Assembly: GCA_964373795.1 (NCBI GenBank)
Contig: CAYJVY010000015.1
Location: 5,120-23,946 of the forward strand
DNA: 18,827 nucleotides
Direction of reading: 5' to 3'
Origin: an uncultured archaeon
Lineage (GTDB): Archaea; Iainarchaeota; Iainarchaeia; Iainarchaeales; DATDZZ01
A model generated the notes under the pieces. The model saw only the letters and a list, made by a program, of their open reading frames with translations. It was not told the origin of the DNA and ran no database searches. Both the position numbers and the translations under genes were made by a program. Shown here piece after piece: positions 14,325 through 18,827 of the stretch (positions are counted from its first letter, which is position 1; each line of letters starts with the position of its first letter).

Positions 14325-14465
14325 CTTCCAAATTTTAATCATTGCAGTTTAAACTGCTTAGCACTCCAAACAAGTAAAAATGATTAGAAGTTTATCTTAT
14401 TCTTAACTTCAATCAAAATTTGGAGTTGTCTGGAGCCCACTGGACTACCATTATCCTATGGCCCC
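14288..14465 (-). tRNA. tRNA-Trp(CCA): tRNA-Trp (anticodon CCA) with a 107-nt intron at the canonical 37/38 position; no encoded CCA
   Basis: Hand-folded cloverleaf. Acceptor stem GGGGCCA/TGGCCCC with discriminator A73. U8 A9. D arm GGAT-AATGGTA-GTCC. Anticodon stem GTGGG/CCCGC (one G-U pair) with loop CTCCAGA after splicing. T arm GTGAG-TTCGATT-CCCAC (one A-C mismatch). Exon 1 is 14430-14465 and exon 2 is 14288-14322. Confidence 0.85.
14323..14429 (-). other. tRNA-Trp intron (107 nt)
   Basis: Bounded by cloverleaf reconstruction; boundaries could shift by 1 nt because of the flanking A. The intron ends can pair: CCAAATTTTGATT (intron nt 7-19) with TGATTAAAATTTGG (nt 89-102). Internal hairpin GCAG-TTTAAA-CTGC at 14344-14357. 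Confidence 0.75.
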
Positions 14466-14489
14466 TTTACTAAAACATTGATTTAATTC

Positions 14490-14497
14490 TTTTTAAA
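14490..14497 (-). promoter_or_regulatory. TATA box (TTTAAAAA) for tRNA-Trp
   Basis: Spans -32 to -25 relative to the mature tRNA 5' end, the expected archaeal TATA position. Confidence 0.5.
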
Positions 14498-14554
14498 TGT
14501 TGTTGTATTTTTAATTTCTTCCAACTTTTCATTGCTTGCATAAGAAGATAGATA

Positions 14555-14560
14555 TTTATA
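14555..14560 (+). promoter_or_regulatory. TATA-like element (TTTATA) upstream of the 14584 gene
   Basis: 23 nt separate it from the ATG at 14584. The AT-rich context makes this tentative. Confidence 0.35.
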
Positions 14561-14583
14561 TTATTAATTTATTAGTATTTTAA

Positions 14584-15954
14584 ATGCATTATAAAAAAAT
14601 TCTTTTACTTGCTTTAACTCATTTAATTTTGTTTAGCTTTATTTCTGCATTTGTTGTTTCCCCAGACGATGTAAGCAAGTTTGTTTCAGTTGATAATCAT
14701 TTTTTAAAGGAAGGCGAGTCAACTGAATTTAATCCTAATACAACTATTAGTTTTGAAGGAAAAGAGTATTGGGTTGTATCTATTTTAAAGGGAACTGATT
14801 TGGTTGGATATGTATCTGTTTTAGATGTGGAAAATCCTATTATTTTAGAAGACAAGCCTTTGAATAGAAAACTTTTTGAGAATGCTTTTATTTTAGGAAA
14901 ATTTTTTGAAAAAAAAGATGCGTTATCAAAACAAAATCAATGGTTTTTTACTTCAATTTACTCTAATCGTTTTAGCGATCTTGCACAAGCATTTGATGAT
15001 TCAAAAAATAAAGTGAATTTAATTAAATCAGATAAAGATATTACTAATTCTGAAATTAAATCCAAAATCCAAGATATCTCGACTAAACTTGATTCAATGA
15101 TTTTGCTATCAAATCAGATTTCTAGAGATATTTCAACTGCTAGAGTCTTTGAAACAAATTATATTCTTGATCCTTCAATCGAGAAATTCAATGAATTTAA
15201 GTCTTTTTTCTTTCAATTAGATGAAAGCAATTCAAATTCTGTTTTATTTAAAGTGGACTCTTTAAAGAAAAAAGTTGCAGAATATAGGAGAGATATAGCT
15301 TCTCTAACTATTTTGATTGGTCAATCAGATTTAGATGATTCAAAGAAATCTTTTATTTCTGATAGCATTAAACTTCCACAAAAAGCAGGAGATGTTTCAA
15401 CTTATGCCGATATTTTGTTTACAAATAAAGCTAGCTTGGATTCAATAACTAATTTGTCCTTAAATCAAATAGATATTTTTTTAAAAAACTTTGATTCAAG
15501 GCTTAAATTAAATAATGCGTTTGCTTTATTTTTTGATTCGAATGAAAAAATTAAAAAATCTTCTAAGGATTCAAGCATTGCTAGTTTAGAGTCTGCTTGC
15601 AAGAACATTCTGGAAACAAATAGAAAACCTTTATGGAAGAAAAAATCTTTAGTTGAAAAACTTGAAAAAAACTGTCCAAAAATTCAAGCTTCATTTGAAA
15701 AAGAAAATTTCGATGAAGTAATTGTTTTGGCAACAGAGTCTATTGATGATGTAAAATTAATTTATGAAGGAGGAATTGAACTACCTGTAGATCCAATTGA
15801 TAATAAAAGTTTTAATGATTTAATTTTCAAACTAATTATTGCATTAATTTTATTGTTAGTTGTTTTAGTGTTATTTAAAAATAGGGAAAAAATTGCTGGT
15901 TTTTTTAATAAAGGTTCTTCTGGAGATGATTTTGGGAAAACTCCTTTTGATTAA
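14584..15954 (+). CDS. Surface protein with an N-terminal signal/anchor and a C-terminal TM anchor, unknown function
   Basis: N-terminal ILLLALTHLILFSFISAF, a long Ser/Asn/Lys-rich and probably helical ectodomain, and C-terminal LIFKLIIALILLLVVLVLF followed by a charged tail. Confidence 0.55.
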   Translation: MHYKKILLLALTHLILFSFISAFVVSPDDVSKFVSVDNHFLKEGESTEFNPNTTISFEGKEYWVVSILKGTDLVGYVSVLDVENPIILEDKPLNRKLFENAFILGKFFEKKDALSKQNQWFFTSIYSNRFSDLAQAFDDSKNKVNLIKSDKDITNSEIKSKIQDISTKLDSMILLSNQISRDISTARVFETNYILDPSIEKFNEFKSFFFQLDESNSNSVLFKVDSLKKKVAEYRRDIASLTILIGQSDLDDSKKSFISDSIKLPQKAGDVSTYADILFTNKASLDSITNLSLNQIDIFLKNFDSRLKLNNAFALFFDSNEKIKKSSKDSSIASLESACKNILETNRKPLWKKKSLVEKLEKNCPKIQASFEKENFDEVIVLATESIDDVKLIYEGGIELPVDPIDNKSFNDLIFKLIIALILLLVVLVLFKNREKIAGFFNKGSSGDDFGKTPFD

Positions 15955-15962
15955 GTGATTTA

Positions 15963-16832
15963 ATGATTGTTAGAAATTTTGTTTTGATTTTTATTTTTTT
16001 GTTTTTCTTTTCATTAGTGAATGCCGAAGTGTTTGTAAACATTAATTCAAAAACTGGCGAAATTTATACTATTTATCCTTTTGAAATTGCTTTATTTGAT
16101 TTAACTGTTATTAATTCAGGCTTAAGTGAAGTTGAATCACTTACCTTTAGTGTTATAAGTGAGGAAAACAAACTTTTTTTCATTGATGAAGGAAAAGAAT
16201 TAACTGAATTAAATTTTGATTTAAAAAATTTAAAACCAAATGAAAAAATAGTAAAAGAAATAAAAATTAAGTCAAAAGATGTTTCAGATAAAAAAGTTAT
16301 TGTAACTGTTAGATATGGTGAAAAAATTTTCACTCATGAAATTTCTACTTTCATTAATGTAGTAAAAAGTTCTTTTACTGTAAAACCTAAATTAAATAAA
16401 AATGTTTTAAATAATGGAGAGGAAACTTCAATTGTTTTAGATTTAGAGAATAAAGGGGAAAAAGCAATAACTGACTTAAGTGCAAAATTAATTCTTCCAA
16501 ATGGATTTGAATTAGTTTCAGAGCCTTCAATTCCTTTAACTCTTGATCCAGGAAAATCAAGTAATAATTTAAATTTTCAATTTAAGGCTAATAAAACCCA
16601 GAATCAATTACATACTCTTGTAATGCAAGTAAGTTTTAAAGAAGAAGGAGTAATTCATTTGCTTGAATACAGTTTTCAAATTGAAGTTGGAAACAAAATT
16701 CAATTGTTTTTAACAATTCTTTTAGGAATAACTATTGGATTAATTGTATTACGTTTTTTAATTAAAGAAAACAAGCCAAAAATAAATCCAATTAAAGAAG
16801 GACAAATAAAGGAAGGCAACCATAACAAGTAA
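15963..16832 (+). CDS. Surface protein with two CARDB/COG1361-like beta-sandwich modules and a C-terminal TM anchor
   Basis: Signal peptide FVLIFIFLFFFSLVNA. Repeated pattern FDLTVINSGLSEVESLTFSV and IVLDLENKGEKAITDLSAKLILPNGFELVS. C-terminal LFLTILLGITIGLIVLRFL. Confidence 0.55.
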   Translation: MIVRNFVLIFIFLFFFSLVNAEVFVNINSKTGEIYTIYPFEIALFDLTVINSGLSEVESLTFSVISEENKLFFIDEGKELTELNFDLKNLKPNEKIVKEIKIKSKDVSDKKVIVTVRYGEKIFTHEISTFINVVKSSFTVKPKLNKNVLNNGEETSIVLDLENKGEKAITDLSAKLILPNGFELVSEPSIPLTLDPGKSSNNLNFQFKANKTQNQLHTLVMQVSFKEEGVIHLLEYSFQIEVGNKIQLFLTILLGITIGLIVLRFLIKENKPKINPIKEGQIKEGNHNK

Positions 16833-16837
16833 TTAGT

Positions 16838-17983
16838 TTATGAATAAAGTTCAACTATGTCTCCATTTTGTAATTTGTATTCTTTTGGAACTCTTTGTCC
16901 TGGAAATTTGCTTGAACCCCAAAGTTTTGCGTATTTAAGGTTTTTTGCAATGTCTTTATGTAAAAGAAATGCGAGTTTTTCAATTGAATCGTTTTTGTTT
17001 AAAACAAGGGGGTCTTTTAAATCGGCTTCTTGGCCGGGCTTTTTAGTGTATACAAGTATTTTTCCTAAAAATTCAATTAATTCTTTTTTAAATTCAAACA
17101 ATTGGTTTTCGGTAAGTTCATGAAAATCTTGGATTACTATGACTTTTGATTTAGTTCTTTTTTCTATGCTTGATTTTATTTCAGGGTTTTTGCAAATAAA
17201 AAGACTTTTTTCATAAATAATGCTTTCATCCAATATTTCTGACACTTTTTCTAAAGTTGTTGGCTCTCCTAATATTACGTCTCCATTTGAGTATCCAGCG
17301 CTTTTAAGAAATTCAATTAATTGTTCTTCAGGAATTTTTAGAAACTGTTTTCCAGTTATATTAATTCCGGGAAATTTTGAATGCTTGACTATTATGTTTG
17401 GCTTTACTGAATTAATTTTAATATTTGATTTGTTAAATTCTTTTTCAATTAACTCAAATTCTTGCATTGATTTGATGATGAATAGTATTCCATCAGCGTT
17501 TCTTATTACTCCAATTAATTGTGTTCCCTTTCCTTTTCCTTCACTTGCTCCGTGAATTAATCCTGGAATTTCAACTAACTGGATTTTAGCTCCTTTAAAT
17601 TCAACCATTCCTTGTGTTGGCATTACAGTCGAAAAAGCATATGGAGCTATTTTTACTTCAGCATTAGTTAAAATATTTAATAAAGTACTTTTTCCAATGT
17701 TTGGTGCTCCCACAATTACTATTTGTCCATCGCCTTCTTTTTTAATTCCAATTGCTTTTCCTCTTCCCGCGCCAGTTTTCTTTGCCTGAGATTTTTGTTT
17801 ATCAATTTCACTTTTAAGTCGAGCAATTTTTTTAGTAATTTCTCTTCTAAGTTTTTCCGCTCCTTTATGTTGTGGAGCAGTTGAACGCATTTCTTGAAGT
17901 GCAGCTAATTTTTCAATTAAAGTTTTTGCTTCCTCATATTTTCTTTGCGCTTTAGCATATTCATATGTAACATTTGAAGGCAT
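16838..17983 (-). CDS. DRG-family (Obg-like) GTPase with a C-terminal TGS domain
   Basis: G1 GAPNIGKSTLLN, G2/G3 region YAFSTVMPTQG...VEIPGL, GASEGKGKG, and TGS-like C-terminus GQRVPKEYKLQNGDIVELYS. Confidence 0.9.
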   Translation of the reverse strand: MPSNVTYEYAKAQRKYEEAKTLIEKLAALQEMRSTAPQHKGAEKLRREITKKIARLKSEIDKQKSQAKKTGAGRGKAIGIKKEGDGQIVIVGAPNIGKSTLLNILTNAEVKIAPYAFSTVMPTQGMVEFKGAKIQLVEIPGLIHGASEGKGKGTQLIGVIRNADGILFIIKSMQEFELIEKEFNKSNIKINSVKPNIIVKHSKFPGINITGKQFLKIPEEQLIEFLKSAGYSNGDVILGEPTTLEKVSEILDESIIYEKSLFICKNPEIKSSIEKRTKSKVIVIQDFHELTENQLFEFKKELIEFLGKILVYTKKPGQEADLKDPLVLNKNDSIEKLAFLLHKDIAKNLKYAKLWGSSKFPGQRVPKEYKLQNGDIVELYS

Positions 17984-18022
17984 AGCATAATTTGAAAAGA
18001 AATTAATTTAAAAATTAACCAA

Positions 18023-18613
18023 TTAAGTGTTTTCTTGCCAAGTTCTTATTATAATTAGTTTTTCAAAGAAAAGCTTTCTCTCATTTACAATTTCAAACCT
18101 GAATCCAATTTTTTTCAGTTTTTTCTTTGTTTGATTTAAACCATTTAAATCTGTTTGTAAAAAATAGCATTCTCCATTCTTTTCTAAGTGTTTTGAGAAT
18201 TCATTCAAAAACTTGTCTAATACTTCCCTGCCTTTTTTCCCGCCATCTAAATCAATCCATTTAATTTTTTCAGATTCTACGTAAGGAGGATTAAAAATAA
18301 TTAAATCAAATTTTTCTTTGGCATTAATGTTTTCAAATAAATCGCTTTTCCTTGTCTTGATATTCCTAATTTTTAATGATTTGCAATTAGATTTAACATT
18401 TTTAATTGCCATTTTGTTTAAATCAATTGCAAGAACTTTTTTAGCGCCTTGCATATAAACATTAATTGCTTGAATTCCACAACCAGTTCCAACATCTAAT
18501 ACTTTTAATTCTTTTTTTACTTTAATTGATTCTGCCAACAAAAAAGAGTCTTCTTGAGGGCAATAAACAGAGTCTAAAACAATTAGTTTTGCATTGCCTA
18601 TTAAAGAATTCAT
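18023..18613 (-). CDS. HemK/Mtq2-like N5-glutamine (NPPY) methyltransferase
   Basis: SAM motif VLDVGTGCGIQAI, catalytic IIFNPPYV, and size typical of archaeal Mtq2-type enzymes. Confidence 0.8.
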   Translation of the reverse strand: MNSLIGNAKLIVLDSVYCPQEDSFLLAESIKVKKELKVLDVGTGCGIQAINVYMQGAKKVLAIDLNKMAIKNVKSNCKSLKIRNIKTRKSDLFENINAKEKFDLIIFNPPYVESEKIKWIDLDGGKKGREVLDKFLNEFSKHLEKNGECYFLQTDLNGLNQTKKKLKKIGFRFEIVNERKLFFEKLIIIRTWQENT

Positions 18614-18618
18614 AAAAA

Positions 18619-18827
18619 ATTAACATTGCTCTATTTCTGGATTTAACTTACATCCAAGAATTTCAGTATTTAATTGAACTGAAACCATTTTACAGTCAAT
18701 TACTATTTCATCAGATCTAAATATATTGAATTTTTCTGCTCTTTTATTTCCTTTTTCTTTTAAAGTATTTTGGCCTTTTTGTTCTACAAATTCCTTCATT
18801 TTTTGTTTATCTAAATTTAATTCAGTT
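18619..18827 (-). CDS. Partial ORF (C-terminal 68 aa), unknown function, 5 nt upstream of the HemK-like gene
   Basis: Hand translation: ...TELNLDKQKMKEFVEQKGQNTLKEKGNKRAEKFNIFRSDEIVIDCKMVSVQLNTEILGCKLNPEIEQC-stop (TAA at 18619-18621). Open to the window edge. Not in the track, presumably because the internal Met gives fewer than 60 aa. Confidence 0.3.

Noticed and set aside
14323-14429. A bona fide box C/D sRNA with C, D', C' and D boxes inside the tRNA-Trp intron.
   Set aside because: I found no RUGAUGA or CUGA motifs. Only degenerate versions are present (TGATTGA, ATGATTA, CTAA x2, CTGC), and their order and 12-nt spacing do not fit the archaeal C-guide-D'-C'-guide-D layout. The UGAU segments can instead pair with each other in a long terminal helix. 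Kept only as a hypothesis in the findings.
553-17555. Short track ORFs lying inside and mostly antisense to the longer ORFs called as genes above. They are 553-735, 1982-2176, 4015-4200 (same strand, different frame), 4496-4693, 4797-5006, 4940-5263, 5290-5472, 5941-6123, 6533-6748, 7517-7807, 8255-8500, 9628-9897, 10561-10770, 11804-12016, 12872-13066, 16073-16333, 16857-17123 and 17220-17555.
   Set aside because: All are embedded in much longer ORFs, many with recognisable domains. They have Phe/Leu/Ser/Ile-rich low-complexity translations typical of shadow frames in AT-rich DNA. None has a recognisable motif or its own promoter spacing.
16838-18613. DRG GTPase plus NPPY methyltransferase as something unusual.
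   Set aside because: Both are standard archaeal translation-associated housekeeping genes with intact motifs. Nothing atypical was seen.
18619-18827. The partial ORF upstream of the HemK/Mtq2-like gene as its Trm112 partner.
   Set aside because: The translated tail lacks the Cys-x-x-Cys zinc-knuckle pattern and the hydrophobic C-terminal motif I would expect of Trm112. No family could be assigned.

Overview
Strongly AT-rich archaeal window, judged by eye and not computed. Archaeal markers: archaeal-type ProRS ending in Tyr, ATP-dependent DNA ligase, diphthine-ammonia ligase, DRG GTPase, an intron-containing tRNA, and TATA boxes about 22-26 nt upstream of start codons. The gene content and small membrane and surface proteins suggest a DPANN-like reduced genome, but that is inference. 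Most of the window is housekeeping: partial amidohydrolase deaminase, dph6, ogt, lig, proS, a GNAT, a TIM-barrel protein, a NOL1/NOP2/Sun RNA m5C methyltransferase, DRG and a HemK/Mtq2-like methyltransferase. Several accessory or unusual elements stand out. (1) A wHTH + nucleotidyltransferase pair (AbiEi/AbiEii-like) sits between the intact dph6 3' end and a decayed second copy of that 3' end. The copies share a 15-nt identical core, which looks like an insertion scar. (2) A second toxin-antitoxin-like pair combines a PIN-like protein with a partner carrying a UPF0175-like C-terminus; both are longer than I recall for such pairs. (3) Four overlapping genes for membrane or secreted proteins lie directly downstream of lig. 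(4) tRNA-Trp(CCA) carries a 107-nt intron with an anti-anticodon element placed as a methylation guide for C34 would be, but canonical C/D boxes are absent. (5) An apparently split RsmF-type methyltransferase has an accessory-domain ORF whose tail runs antisense into the tRNA. (6) An in-frame 12-nt tandem repeat lies inside the deaminase gene at the window edge. No CRISPR array, rRNA, transposase or integrase was seen. All homology calls come from motif recognition by eye; no searches were run.
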